64,000 nt of DNA, taken from an uncultured Rickettsiales bacterium. Lineage in GTDB: Bacteria; Pseudomonadota; Alphaproteobacteria; Rs-D84. This document shows, one piece after another, positions 1-10,185 of the stretch (position 1 is the first letter of the stretch; each line of letters opens with the position of its first letter). Below the pieces are notes generated by a model. It worked only from the letters and a program-made list of their open reading frames with translations. It made no database searches and was not told the DNA's origin. The stretch covers positions 85,124 through 149,123 of the forward strand of contig URBZ01000001.1 of the NCBI GenBank assembly GCA_900546225.1, written 5' to 3'. Made by a program: the position numbers and the translations under genes.

Positions 1-95
1 TTAGCGCGCGACAAGAATGACTATATTTCTAGGAACTTGTTGCCTACGAACTTTTTGTTCTTGTTATATCTATTTGCCTTGCACTGCTAGCACCC

Positions 96-127
96 TTGTC
101 ATTGCGAGCGTAGCGCGGCAATCCAGT
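96..127. repeat. palindromic repeat element copy (tgtcattgcgag-N-gcaatccagt family)
   Basis: ttgtcattgcgagcgtagcgcggcaatccagt. The same ends recur at 17444, 20041, 35860 and 61201. Confidence 0.7.
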
Positions 128-187
128 AATATGAAAGTGCGCCATTCGGCGCACACCTATTATCTATTATCTATTATCTATGCTCTA

Positions 188-222
188 AAAAAAAAACACA
201 GGGGGCAAAAGCCCCCTGTGCA
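188..222 (-). terminator. intrinsic terminator (minus strand)
   Basis: aaaaaaaaaacacagggggcaaaagccccctgtg. The minus strand reads hairpin then U-run. Confidence 0.55.
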
Positions 223-498
223 AATAGCGATTTAATCGGCACAGAAATTATTTTTCACTCTGGTTGCCGCCGTGTAAATTCACACCACGCGCCATAAATT
301 CGGCCGCCAAATTCACCGCAGCAATACCTTTCTTGTACCCTGCCCCAGCAGCATTCTTGTTTGCCAATGTGCTGGACGCGGTATTAAACTTGCTCACATT
401 ATCAGTCATATTCAATGCCTCTTGTCAAAACATCTCTCTGACAGTGGTCAGATTAAACTAATAAAACTTTTTTGTCAAGTATTATTGTCAACCATGCC

Positions 499-2015
499 TT
501 ATTCATCGCAACCATACATTCCGCATGGTTCAGTTGCTGAATATTCTTCGACAACAATCGGTGCGGCCTTGGCTTCTTCGGTATAGTGCGTTTCTTTGAC
601 GACACGCACACGACGGTTTGCCGCATTTGCAACGCCATCGGCGGTTGGCACAGCCAAATCTTCTTCGCCGGACGAAACCGCAACAATCTGGCTGGCTGGG
701 ATGCCGTATTTAATCAGCATTTTCTGAACCGCCTCTGCACGACGGCCGCCCAACGCATAGTTATAATCCTTGCTGCCCATTGTGTCGGTATGTCCAACCA
801 CAGATACCTTGATATTCTTGTTATTCTGGGTTGCATCCGCCAATTTACGGATTAAATCCTGATATTCCGGCTTGATTGTCGCCTTGTTAAAATCAAAGCG
901 GATTTCAAACACCTCTTCCATTACGTGTTGTTTGGGTTCCAGCGGAATCTGCTGAACCTTGATGATTGTCTTTTCATTTGTTGCTGCCTGAATTTGATCC
1001 AAGCGCGCATTGATTGCCGCCAATTCTGCGCGCATAGCCATCATCATGTTGATAAATTCTTGGCGCGACACCAATTCATCACCAATTTGTGGAATTTCTT
1101 GGGCCGCCGGCTGCTGAACACAATCAGCATTATTCACGTTATTGCCACAATCCGCCGCCAAAACCGCGGTGTTGTTGCTGTTAGACATGCTCTTGTCGCC
1201 ACCGTAAATATTCTGGTTAAACACCACTGGTTGAACCGGCACTGGGTTTATCAAGTGTTGTGGAACATTTACGTTGTTCACGATAATAACCCCTTCGCGG
1301 GCACGACCCGCACCATTTACCGCGCGCAGTGAACGTGTATCTGGGTAATAATCGGTTGGAACATTGCTGGCGTTTGTGATGCGTGATTTAACCGCAACTG
1401 TTTCAGACGCCGTTGTTGTCGCAATGGCAGAATTCTGTTGTTTCGTGTTTACAATTTTGCCACCCTGACAATCGCGCAATGCGGTCAGTGTACGCTGGAA
1501 ACGATCGCGACATTCACGTGCCGTGCCATCTTGGCCACTGGCCGCCGCCGACAACCAGCAATCAAATTTTGCCTGTGCCTCGGCCGCCAACTGTGGATTG
1601 GTTGTGGTCGCATCGTTTTTGAATTGTTCAATCAAATCGTTATACGCCGCCGACAATTCGAACGCGGTCTGCTGATCTTCGACCGGCCAATTATCCAATG
1701 TTTCTGGGAATGGCACTTCGCCACTGAATGCCGCCACGGCCTTTTGCGCGAACAGTTCGCCCATTTCGGAATACCCGCTGGTGCGTGCATTATAAATAGC
1801 ATAAGAACGATAATTCATCGCCAACTGATTCAAAAAGGAATCCTGATGTGGTGCAGAATAAACGTCCAACTGTTCCACATAGTCAACCGTCGGTGTGTCA
1901 ATGGGTGCATAATCGTCATTTTTTTGACCCGCGCACGCCGCCAGTGCAACGACAGACGCCGCCATCATTATGCGTGATATAATCCATGTTGATACACAAG
2001 ATTTATTTTTCATGA
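499..2015 (-). CDS. OmpA/Pal-family peptidoglycan-binding lipoprotein with a long coiled-coil middle region
   Basis: C-terminal OmpA-like domain (VVGHTDTMGSKDYNYALGGRRAEAV...RRVRV). Lipobox signal MMAASVVALAAC. Start chosen at MKNKS. Confidence 0.75.
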
Positions 2016-2101
2016 AAAATTCCTTTCTATAATCCAGCATATTATACGATTTTTCACCATATGAGTAAAGCAAAAAAACAGTCCCACGCGGGGACTGTTT
2101 T

Positions 2102-2893
2102 TTATTTATCTGCAAATTGTGACACGATTGCGCCCAACGACGACATTCCGCCACCACTGCTGAGTCCGCTGACCGTTTCCATAATTGAACTGGTGTTTGT
2201 TTTCTGACCCAATCCACCAACCGTGCTGGTTAAAAATTCACCCCACATCGCACGCTTCTTCGCCGACAGACGCGCGTTGCTGCAATTTTCAATTTTCGAC
2301 ATCAACTTTATCGCCATTGTCGCTTCTGGCTTGGTATAATCACTCTCGGAAAAATCAATCAAATTAAATATATCATAAATATCAGAAACCGTCTTTTTAT
2401 TCTTGCACGCCTGTGACCCGTCGTCGCAATACGATGCAACCGATGCCTTTGGAAACTGATACCAGACCATATTTTTATCATTGGCCGAACCGAAATTATC
2501 ATAGCAAACCAAATCGCCATCATCACCATTCAGTGTTGTACGCACCGCCATTTGATAACCCGTCCCCCCTGGGCACGGCATACGCCCCAGTGCGCGTTTG
2601 GCATCATCAGATGTCATTTCGCCAACCTTGGCCCACTCTTTCATAGTGTTGTTCACGAACGTGATTTCTCGGGACTCGGGGATGCATTCTTGGGTTAATT
2701 CACGTTGTTTTTCATTCAGTCGTTGAACCCCTCTGACCAAACCCAACACGGTTGGCACTAAACTGGCCCCTGTGTCCTGAACAGATGCGGCCTGTGTTGC
2801 AACGGGCGCGGCCTTTTTAATAGTAACCGCAGCCGGCGCGGACGACACCGCACAGGAAATCATACACATAAAAATCAGCAGTTTTTTATTCAT
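2102..2893 (-). CDS. hypothetical secreted protein
   Basis: N-terminal signal peptide MNKKLLIFMCMISCAVSSAPAA. No recognisable domain. Confidence 0.55.
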   Translation of the reverse strand: MNKKLLIFMCMISCAVSSAPAAVTIKKAAPVATQAASVQDTGASLVPTVLGLVRGVQRLNEKQRELTQECIPESREITFVNNTMKEWAKVGEMTSDDAKRALGRMPCPGGTGYQMAVRTTLNGDDGDLVCYDNFGSANDKNMVWYQFPKASVASYCDDGSQACKNKKTVSDIYDIFNLIDFSESDYTKPEATMAIKLMSKIENCSNARLSAKKRAMWGEFLTSTVGGLGQKTNTSSIMETVSGLSSGGGMSSLGAIVSQFADK

Positions 2894-2943
2894 CTCTCGT
2901 GCCTGTATTATAACATAAAAAAATTATTGAATAAATATAAAAA

Positions 2944-3459
2944 TTGCTTTTTGTGTTCGGGCGCGCTAAACTGGACACCGTGCAAGGCGATAGACGTAGT
3001 TTTATTATATTTACTAAACACAGACGATTACAGCGTCTGTGGCAGTTTTTCTTTACCGGTTGGGGTCTGGTAATGGTGGCGGCGTTGGTCGCGGGTTCAC
3101 TGTTTACCAAGCAATTATTGTGGACGCCCATCACCGCAATCAATATGACCGACATCGTCAGCAATCAATTCAAAATGTCAAACGCGGTATTCGCCGGCAC
3201 GGACACAAATGGCGAACCGTTCAAGATTCGCGCCGCATCCGGCCGCCAAGAATACGGTAAACCCGACATTATATTCTTGGAATCCGTATCCGGCACGGTC
3301 GTCCGCAAGAGTGGCGACACCAAAATAACCGATAATATTCGCGCCCAAACGGGAAAATACAATCGACGCAACAAGACCGTTACACTGATGGGCAATGTCC
3401 GCATTGATTCCAGCAACGGCGACAAAATTTTAACAGACGAATTGGTGGTAAAATTATGA
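2944..3459 (+). CDS. lptC: LptC/LptA-like (OstA fold) LPS export protein
   Basis: Small protein with an N-terminal TM segment. Overlaps downstream lptB by 4 nt (ATGA) in the typical lptC/A-lptB arrangement. Confidence 0.55.
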   Translation: MLFVFGRAKLDTVQGDRRSFIIFTKHRRLQRLWQFFFTGWGLVMVAALVAGSLFTKQLLWTPITAINMTDIVSNQFKMSNAVFAGTDTNGEPFKIRAASGRQEYGKPDIIFLESVSGTVVRKSGDTKITDNIRAQTGKYNRRNKTVTLMGNVRIDSSNGDKILTDELVVKL

Positions 3460-4184
3460 AACAATCCGTATTACGCATTGAACACTTGTCTAAATCATAC
3501 GGCAAACGTATGGTTATTCGCGATATTTCCATGATTGCACGTCAGGGCGAATCGGTTGGGTTACTGGGCCCAAATGGCGCGGGCAAAACCACGGCATTTT
3601 ACTGCATCACGGGCCAGTTGGCGGCAACCGGTGGCCAGATTTTCCTGAACTCTCAGGACATAACACACCTGCCGTTTTATCAACGGGCACGCCTGCACAT
3701 CGGTTACCTGCCCCAGGAAAACAGCGTATTTCGCGGGCTGACCGTCGAACAAAATATTCTGTCTATTTTAGAGGTGGTCGAACCAGACCGTAAAAAACGT
3801 CGCCAGAAATTGGACGCACTGTTGGACGAATTTTCCATATCGTCCCTGCGTCACAGTCCGGCAACAGCCCTGTCGGGTGGTGAACGTCGCCGCGTTGAAA
3901 TCGCGCGTGCATTGGCAAATGACCCTAAATTTATTCTGCTGGACGAACCATTCGCCGGCATTGACCCAATCGCGGTGAATGAAATCCGTACATTGGTATC
4001 CCAACTGAAAAACCGCGGTCTGGGCGTGATTATTACCGACCACAACGTGCGCGAAACACTGGGCATTACCGACCGCAGTTATGTGTTGCACGACGGAAAA
4101 ATCCTGAAACACGGTACAACCGACGAAATTATTCAGGACGAAATGGTTAAAAAGGTATATCTGGGCGAAGATTTTACTATGTAA
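3456..4184 (+). CDS. lptB: LPS export ABC transporter ATP-binding protein LptB
   Basis: Walker A GPNGAGKTT, ABC signature LSGGERRRVEIARAL, Walker B ILLDEP. Confidence 0.9.
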   Translation: MKQSVLRIEHLSKSYGKRMVIRDISMIARQGESVGLLGPNGAGKTTAFYCITGQLAATGGQIFLNSQDITHLPFYQRARLHIGYLPQENSVFRGLTVEQNILSILEVVEPDRKKRRQKLDALLDEFSISSLRHSPATALSGGERRRVEIARALANDPKFILLDEPFAGIDPIAVNEIRTLVSQLKNRGLGVIITDHNVRETLGITDRSYVLHDGKILKHGTTDEIIQDEMVKKVYLGEDFTM

Positions 4185-4195
4185 GATTTCCCAAA

Positions 4196-4228
4196 ACAAA
4201 AAACACCGCCGAACGGCGGTGTTTTTTT
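4196..4228. terminator. bidirectional intrinsic terminator between lptB(+) and carD(-)
   Basis: aaaacaccgccgaacggcggtgtttttttt. Confidence 0.7.
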
Positions 4229-4247
4229 TACCCAAAACTTATGTTGC

Positions 4248-4814
4248 TTATTCGGATTCCTCGTCCATATCTTCGTCATCGTCGTCGTTTTCAACGGCAT
4301 TCAGGTCAATTTCCTTTGGCACGCCCAGAATGTCTTCTATCTTGTCGGATGCGGCATCCAAATCAATCTTGTGCAAGACGGCAAATTCCTGTGCCATACG
4401 TTCCAACGCACGCAAATACAACTGGCGTGCAGAAAACGTCATCGTATCCGCCGCCGTACGACGTTGCAGGTCACGTACAACCTCTGCCAATTTCATTGGG
4501 TCGCCAGAATTGATGTTTTCTTCGTACTGTGCGGCACGACGCGCCCAAATCATACGCTTTGCACCGGCCTTGCCCTTGGCTGACGCGATTGCCTCGTCCA
4601 TCTTTTTGGCGGTGGTCAACGGGCGCAACCCAGAAATTTCCGCACGTTCAATCGGCACGCGCAATGTCATATGATTGCGTTCAAATTCGATGACCAACAT
4701 CTTTATTTTCTGGTCGCCAATCGTTTGTTCTTCGGTACGAACCAACTTGCCCACGCCCTGCGTTGGGTACACAACATATTGACCGGCCTTAAAATCTAAT
4801 TTCTTACTTGGCAT
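4248..4814 (-). CDS. carD: CarD/CdnL-family transcriptional regulator
   Basis: N-terminal CarD_CdnL_TRCF-like region (FKAGQYVVYPTQGVGKL...). Acidic C-terminal tail. Confidence 0.8.
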   Translation of the reverse strand: MPSKKLDFKAGQYVVYPTQGVGKLVRTEEQTIGDQKIKMLVIEFERNHMTLRVPIERAEISGLRPLTTAKKMDEAIASAKGKAGAKRMIWARRAAQYEENINSGDPMKLAEVVRDLQRRTAADTMTFSARQLYLRALERMAQEFAVLHKIDLDAASDKIEDILGVPKEIDLNAVENDDDDEDMDEESE

Positions 4815-4926
4815 AATAGACCCTTTGCGGTTGCCATTCTCTCTGTCCCACGCATTATATCACAAAAAAACCAGAAAAACAAATAATTGACTAAAAAAAT
4901 AAACGCCCCACGCGGGGGCGTTATTC

Positions 4927-5475
4927 TTATCGCAGTACACCGCGACGCATTGTTGGCCCGCGTCGTACCGCCGAACCGCGTGTTCCTGTTGTTGCATCAA
5001 CAGACATTGTACACACCCATTCGTCGTTCTGCAAAATTGCGGTCTGACCATCTGGGCAATCTGGCTTTTCCAAACGCCATGCAAAGCAACTGCCCTTTTG
5101 ATATGATTGATATGTCGCATTGTCCGCACCATCACGGGTATACGCACCATATTCAGGATTCCAAATGCCCGCCGCTTCGCCGCCACACCATTTGCGTGCA
5201 CCAAAGCAATCAATGCAATTTCCATCTTTGTCACAAATCTGATCCGGCGCAGCGGTCGAAACATATCCACTGTTTGCCGATTTCCCATCGCCCATCATTT
5301 TGCCGGTTTCCAAATCGCGACACCACAGCTTTTCACATTCCTGCGTCTTGACGCCATCGGTTGTGGTTGTGCGCGACGATAAAACATACCCCGCACCACA
5401 CGACGTGAACTTTGCCGCATCAGCCGCGCAAATCACGCCAACCAGCATTAAAAACGAGCAAATAATTTTTTTCAT
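4927..5475 (-). CDS. secreted cysteine-rich hypothetical protein
   Basis: Signal peptide. At least 12 Cys. Terminator hairpin directly downstream (4886-4925). Confidence 0.55.
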   Translation of the reverse strand: MKKIICSFLMLVGVICAADAAKFTSCGAGYVLSSRTTTTDGVKTQECEKLWCRDLETGKMMGDGKSANSGYVSTAAPDQICDKDGNCIDCFGARKWCGGEAAGIWNPEYGAYTRDGADNATYQSYQKGSCFAWRLEKPDCPDGQTAILQNDEWVCTMSVDATTGTRGSAVRRGPTMRRGVLR

Positions 5476-5536
5476 ATCTGTTTCTCTCTTGTCCCAGACA
5501 TTTTACACGATTTTATAGCAAAATCCAAATTGTTTT

Positions 5537-5965
5537 TTACTGGCCCAATCCCGCTGGGGTAAAGCGGCCAATATTGTTAAACAATTCTTGCAATGCGTTC
5601 AGTTCAATCGCCGCTGGAATTTCTGTTTCACCATCGGCAATCACAACATCTGGCAAATCGGCATCGTGCAAGACCTGTGTTTTAACCACACGGTCACCAC
5701 GCACCCACGCCAGCAAGACGGTCTTGTTATCATACGTTTTTGGCAATGGCCCGCGATAGTTTTCGTCCGCGCCATAATACACCCACACGTCATCGCCATA
5801 GATTGTTTTAACCTGTGGCGCACCAATTTTGTCCTGTAACTGGGCGGTGGTTTTAATTTCAGACGCCACCGTGTCCAAATCAGACGGAAAAACATACCCA
5901 CGATGTTTGGTCTGGAACGTGCACCCCGCCAGTGCGATTAAACAAATTGCGATTATTTTTTTCAT
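5537..5965 (-). CDS. small outer-membrane lipoprotein, BamE/SmpA-OmlA-like
   Basis: Lipobox LALAGC. Size and composition consistent with BamE. Not certain. Confidence 0.45.
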   Translation of the reverse strand: MKKIIAICLIALAGCTFQTKHRGYVFPSDLDTVASEIKTTAQLQDKIGAPQVKTIYGDDVWVYYGADENYRGPLPKTYDNKTVLLAWVRGDRVVKTQVLHDADLPDVVIADGETEIPAAIELNALQELFNNIGRFTPAGLGQ

Positions 5966-5970
5966 ATGGA

Positions 5971-8900
5971 TTACCCCTCGCCGTTTTCTTTGGTTTGATT
6001 TGCCGCGTTCATCATTGCGAAATGCGCGATGTACTTTTTCAGTTCACTCTTGTACCGATTGTTTTCCTTGGCAAATTCAACCAATCTGTCAAAGTTCGGA
6101 TTTGCCGCGCGCGCCGCGCCGAAACGACTCTCGGTCTTCAAGAAATCTTCCAATGGCGTTGGATTATCAATATTTGAATCCAGCGTCAATGGATTGCGTC
6201 CCGCATCAATCAAGCGTGGGTCAAAACGATACAGTGGCCATGCACCGGTCTGAACCAGTTGCGTTTGGTGCTGAACCCCATTTTGCAATGCAAATCCATG
6301 CGCAATACATGGTGCATACGCCAGAATCACCGATGGGCCGGGGAAACTTTCGGCCTCGCGGAATGCGCGAATCGCCTGAACAGGATTCGCACCCAACGCG
6401 ATTTGCGCAACGTACGCGCCCGACATCATCGCCATCATACCCAAATCTTTCTTGGCATGTTCCTTGCCACCAATGGCAAATTTCATACTGGCGGCAAATG
6501 GGGTGGATTTAGATTGCTGGCCACCGGTATTCGAATACCCTTCGGTGTCCAGAACCAAAACATTCACATTTTCACCACTGTGCAAAATATGATCCAACCC
6601 ACCATATCCGATATCATATGCCCAACCATCACCGCCGACAATCCATACAGATTTGGTCACCATTTCGCCCAACAAACTTTCCGCCAATCGTGCACGCGGG
6701 CCATCTGTTTTCGCCAATTTTTTACGCAACATTTCTGCGTTTGCACGTTGACGCACAGGGTCTGTTTCTGCAAACATTGCGTCAACATTTGGAATATTCA
6801 ATTCAAACAGCAGGCCACGCAACGTGTCACGCTTTTGATTCAGTGCCAAACGCATACCCAAACCGTATTCCGCATTGTCTTCGAACAATGAATTAGACCA
6901 CGCCGGCCCGCGACCATTCGCATCACGTGTCCATGGCGTAGTTGGCAAATTCGCACCATAAATCGACGAACAACCCGTTGCATTCGCAACAACCATACGG
7001 TCACCAAACAGGTGCGCCATCATTTTCACATACGGCGTTTCGCCACAGCCCGCACATGCCCCTGGAAATTCAAAATAATGCGGCAACAGTTCGACATGCT
7101 TTGGAATATTCAAATTCAATTTTTCACGCGGGACATCTGGCAATTTCACAACCGCATCAAACGCGCGTTGGTTTTCCGCCGCAACATCGCGTGCCGGTTT
7201 CATCGCCAATGCCGCCACAGGACAGTTTTTAACGCACACACCACACCCTGTGCAGTCCGCCGCCGAAATCGCCAACGTGTAATACATGTCCGGCCCCAGT
7301 TCTGGCGTCTTCATCGGCACAACAATAACGCCCGCCGCACGCGCCGCGTCAACCTGTGCGGCACTCAGTGCCTTGATACGAATCGCCGCATGTGGGCACA
7401 GCATTGAACATTTGCCACACTGAATACATTTTTCCAAATCGCACGTTGCAACCCGATCAGACACCGCGCGTTTTTCATACTTTGACGTTCCAACCGGATA
7501 TTGACCCGCGCCAAATTCACCGCCCACGCGGAAACGCGATACAGGAATCGCATCACCACGCTGCGCCGCCATTTCACCCAACGTGCCCGCGATTTCCGCC
7601 GGCGCGTCCGCCGTCATTGCCGGCACAAAATCAGGTGCGAAATTCGACACAGACGACGGCAATACGTACTGGTGCAAATACTCGGCTGCCTTGTCCACCG
7701 CGGCCCAGTTTGCCTGAACAATTTCCATACCTTTTTTCTTGTACGTTTTTTCAATCGCAACCTTGGCCGATTTTGCCGCAACCGCCGGATCAATAATCTG
7801 GGTCAGGTTAAAGAAGTTCAACATGATAAACGTATTGATACGATTACCCAATCCCAATTCCGCCGCCGCGCCATTCGCGTCCAAGAAATACACATTCGCA
7901 CGCAGACGCAACAAATGTTCCTGTGTTTCACGTGGCAGATTTGCGAACGCAACATCGGGCGACATCGACGTATTTATCATAACCGTACCGCCCGCACGCA
8001 ACCCACGGAACACATCAAAGCGTTGCGCAATCATAAAGTTTGAAACACTGATAAAATCGGCAACCTCTATCAAATACTGACTTTTAATTGGCGCATCAGA
8101 AAAACGAACATGCGACGCGGTCAGCCCGCCCGATTTTTTCGAATCATATACCGCATACGACTGTGGATACAGGTCTGAATTTTCACCAACAATTTTTACA
8201 ATATTTTTAACCGCACCAACCGTACCATCAGAACCAATACCGTACAGAATCGCGGTCTTGAAATTTTCCGCCTGAACCGCGAACGCGGGGTCTGTTTTCA
8301 GGGACAATCCCGACAAATCATCATCAATACCAACCGTGAAATTGTGATGCAATGTGTCGCGCATCAGATTTTCATACACGGCCTTGACATCACGGGGCTT
8401 AAATTCTTTTGACCCCAAACCATACCGGCCACCAAATACCGCCGCCGCATCGCCAACAACGGTTTTAACGTCTTGGTACAACGGTTCACCAATCGCCCCA
8501 GGTTCTTTTGTTCTGTCCAGAACTGCAATACGTTTAACAGATTTCGGCAACGCCGCACGGAACGCATCGGTCGGGAACGGACGATACAAATGCACCTTGA
8601 TCAATCCCAAACCACGTGGCAAGAATGGCAAAGTTTCCTCTATCGTTTCGCACGCACTGCCCATTGCGACAATGACATTTTCGGCATTTGGGTCACCAAC
8701 ATAGTCCACCAAATGATACGCGCGCCCCGTCAGTTTTGCGAACTTGTCCATGCATTCCTGAACAATTTCTGGCGTCGCCGCGTACAGTGGATTGGCGGCC
8801 TCGCGTCCCTGAAAGTACACATCAGGATTTTGCGCCGTACCGCGAATCGTTGGTGCATCGGGTGTCATACCACGTGCACGATTTTCCAAAACCAAATCGT

Positions 8901-9483
8901 CCGGAATCATTTCACGCAACACATCATCGCTGATTCTGTCCAAACGGGATTCTTCGTGACTGGTGCGGAAACCATCAAAGAAATGCAAGAACGGCACACG
9001 TGCGCGCAACGTTGCCGCATGCGCGATTGCCGCCATATCAGACGCCTGTTGCACATTATGACTGGACAACAATGCGAACCCAGTACTGCGCACAGACATA
9101 ACATCACTGTGGTCGCCAAAGATTGACAACGCATGTGTTGCCAATGCGCGCGCCGCCACATGCATAACAAACGGTGTCTGTTCGCCGGCGATTTTGTACA
9201 TATTTGGAATCATCAGCAACAATCCCTGTGACGCGGTAAATGTTGTTGCCAGCGCGCCCATCTGCAACGCACCATGCATTGCGCCGGCCGCCCCGCCCTC
9301 GGACTGCATTTCAATAATCTGTGGAATTGCACCCCATATGTTTTTCTTGTGCTGGAACGACCATTCGTCCGCCAATTCACCCATAGTGCTGCTGGGGGTG
9401 ATGGGATAAATTGCGGCAAAGTCCACACATCTGTATGCGACGTCGGCCGCGGCCCAGTTTCCATCAACAATTAAATTCGCCAT
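5971..9483 (-). CDS. nifJ: pyruvate:ferredoxin (flavodoxin) oxidoreductase (PFOR/NifJ), single-polypeptide type
   Basis: 1170 aa. Two 4Fe-4S ferredoxin motifs (CIQCGKCSMLCP, CTGCGVCVKNCP). TPP-binding C-terminal region (GGDGWAYDIG). Confidence 0.95.
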   Translation of the reverse strand: MANLIVDGNWAAADVAYRCVDFAAIYPITPSSTMGELADEWSFQHKKNIWGAIPQIIEMQSEGGAAGAMHGALQMGALATTFTASQGLLLMIPNMYKIAGEQTPFVMHVAARALATHALSIFGDHSDVMSVRSTGFALLSSHNVQQASDMAAIAHAATLRARVPFLHFFDGFRTSHEESRLDRISDDVLREMIPDDLVLENRARGMTPDAPTIRGTAQNPDVYFQGREAANPLYAATPEIVQECMDKFAKLTGRAYHLVDYVGDPNAENVIVAMGSACETIEETLPFLPRGLGLIKVHLYRPFPTDAFRAALPKSVKRIAVLDRTKEPGAIGEPLYQDVKTVVGDAAAVFGGRYGLGSKEFKPRDVKAVYENLMRDTLHHNFTVGIDDDLSGLSLKTDPAFAVQAENFKTAILYGIGSDGTVGAVKNIVKIVGENSDLYPQSYAVYDSKKSGGLTASHVRFSDAPIKSQYLIEVADFISVSNFMIAQRFDVFRGLRAGGTVMINTSMSPDVAFANLPRETQEHLLRLRANVYFLDANGAAAELGLGNRINTFIMLNFFNLTQIIDPAVAAKSAKVAIEKTYKKKGMEIVQANWAAVDKAAEYLHQYVLPSSVSNFAPDFVPAMTADAPAEIAGTLGEMAAQRGDAIPVSRFRVGGEFGAGQYPVGTSKYEKRAVSDRVATCDLEKCIQCGKCSMLCPHAAIRIKALSAAQVDAARAAGVIVVPMKTPELGPDMYYTLAISAADCTGCGVCVKNCPVAALAMKPARDVAAENQRAFDAVVKLPDVPREKLNLNIPKHVELLPHYFEFPGACAGCGETPYVKMMAHLFGDRMVVANATGCSSIYGANLPTTPWTRDANGRGPAWSNSLFEDNAEYGLGMRLALNQKRDTLRGLLFELNIPNVDAMFAETDPVRQRANAEMLRKKLAKTDGPRARLAESLLGEMVTKSVWIVGGDGWAYDIGYGGLDHILHSGENVNVLVLDTEGYSNTGGQQSKSTPFAASMKFAIGGKEHAKKDLGMMAMMSGAYVAQIALGANPVQAIRAFREAESFPGPSVILAYAPCIAHGFALQNGVQHQTQLVQTGAWPLYRFDPRLIDAGRNPLTLDSNIDNPTPLEDFLKTESRFGAARAANPNFDRLVEFAKENNRYKSELKKYIAHFAMMNAANQTKENGEG

Positions 9484-9641
9484 GATACCTTTCCCTTGTG
9501 TACGTTTTTTGTTTTATTTCTGGCGAAATCATACCGCGATTTTTAATCCAAGGCAAGATTATACTTACATTTAACATTGACAAAATTCATATTTTGTATT
9601 ACACTACGTCCCCCAATATGAAGTTCAGAGAGGTATCGATT

Positions 9642-10142
9642 ATGAAAAACGGAAATATTATAGAGATTTGCCCAGGGTCGTTTCTGGACACAGCATTTGC
9701 CGGCGTTACGCCCGCAAAAACGGCAAACCCACTTGCACGCCATGACAACTTTGTCCGTGGCACTGACATTTATATTTTGGATTCATTTGCCAGCAAAACA
9801 AAAATGAAAAATGCCGCATTTGTACGCCGTATCAAGGACGCCATCGCCGATGCACGCGACGTTTTAAGTGGCGGCTTTATGGACGTAATTCCAACAAATT
9901 GGAAAATTGCACGCGATTGGAATCGCCCACATATTGACGTCTATGTAAATTGCCCAGACGCCACACTGACCGACAATGCGCGCGCCGCATTGGCCGAATT
10001 GGCACGCGCGGCCGCCGCGGGCGTAAAAATCACAGTACACGTCACCGGCAATCAAGCCAGCGCGATTGCACGTGCATTATTGGCAATGGAAAGATTCAGT
10101 GCCAACCGCACATTTCACAACACAACAACAAAACAGCGGTAA
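9642..10142 (+). CDS. hypothetical protein
   Basis: ORF with GAGG RBS before the ATG at 9642. Terminator at 10152-10185. Confidence 0.45.
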   Translation: MKNGNIIEICPGSFLDTAFAGVTPAKTANPLARHDNFVRGTDIYILDSFASKTKMKNAAFVRRIKDAIADARDVLSGGFMDVIPTNWKIARDWNRPHIDVYVNCPDATLTDNARAALAELARAAAAGVKITVHVTGNQASAIARALLAMERFSANRTFHNTTTKQR

Positions 10143-10151
10143 TAACCAGTG

Positions 10152-10185
10152 GCAATAAAAAAAACGGGGCAACGCCCCGTTTTTT
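10152..10185. terminator. bidirectional intrinsic terminator
   Basis: aaaaaaacggggcaacgccccgttttttatttc. Related to the terminators at 59321 and 61300. Confidence 0.7.

Noticed and set aside
158-178. Tandem heptamer repeats (tattatc, tgctctc, tatcact) considered as possible CRISPR arrays
   Set aside because: The units are 7 bp with no spacers, and only 3-4 copies occur. These are microsatellite-like tandem repeats, not CRISPR arrays.
264-461. 65-aa ORF near the window start
   Set aside because: Short, with no RBS or recognisable features. It lies in a repeat/terminator-rich intergenic region.
6259-9126. Several long plus-strand ORFs (6259..6891, 7501..8043, 8473..9126, etc.)
   Set aside because: They lie entirely antisense within the well-supported PFOR gene. 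They are shadow ORFs of a GC-biased coding strand.
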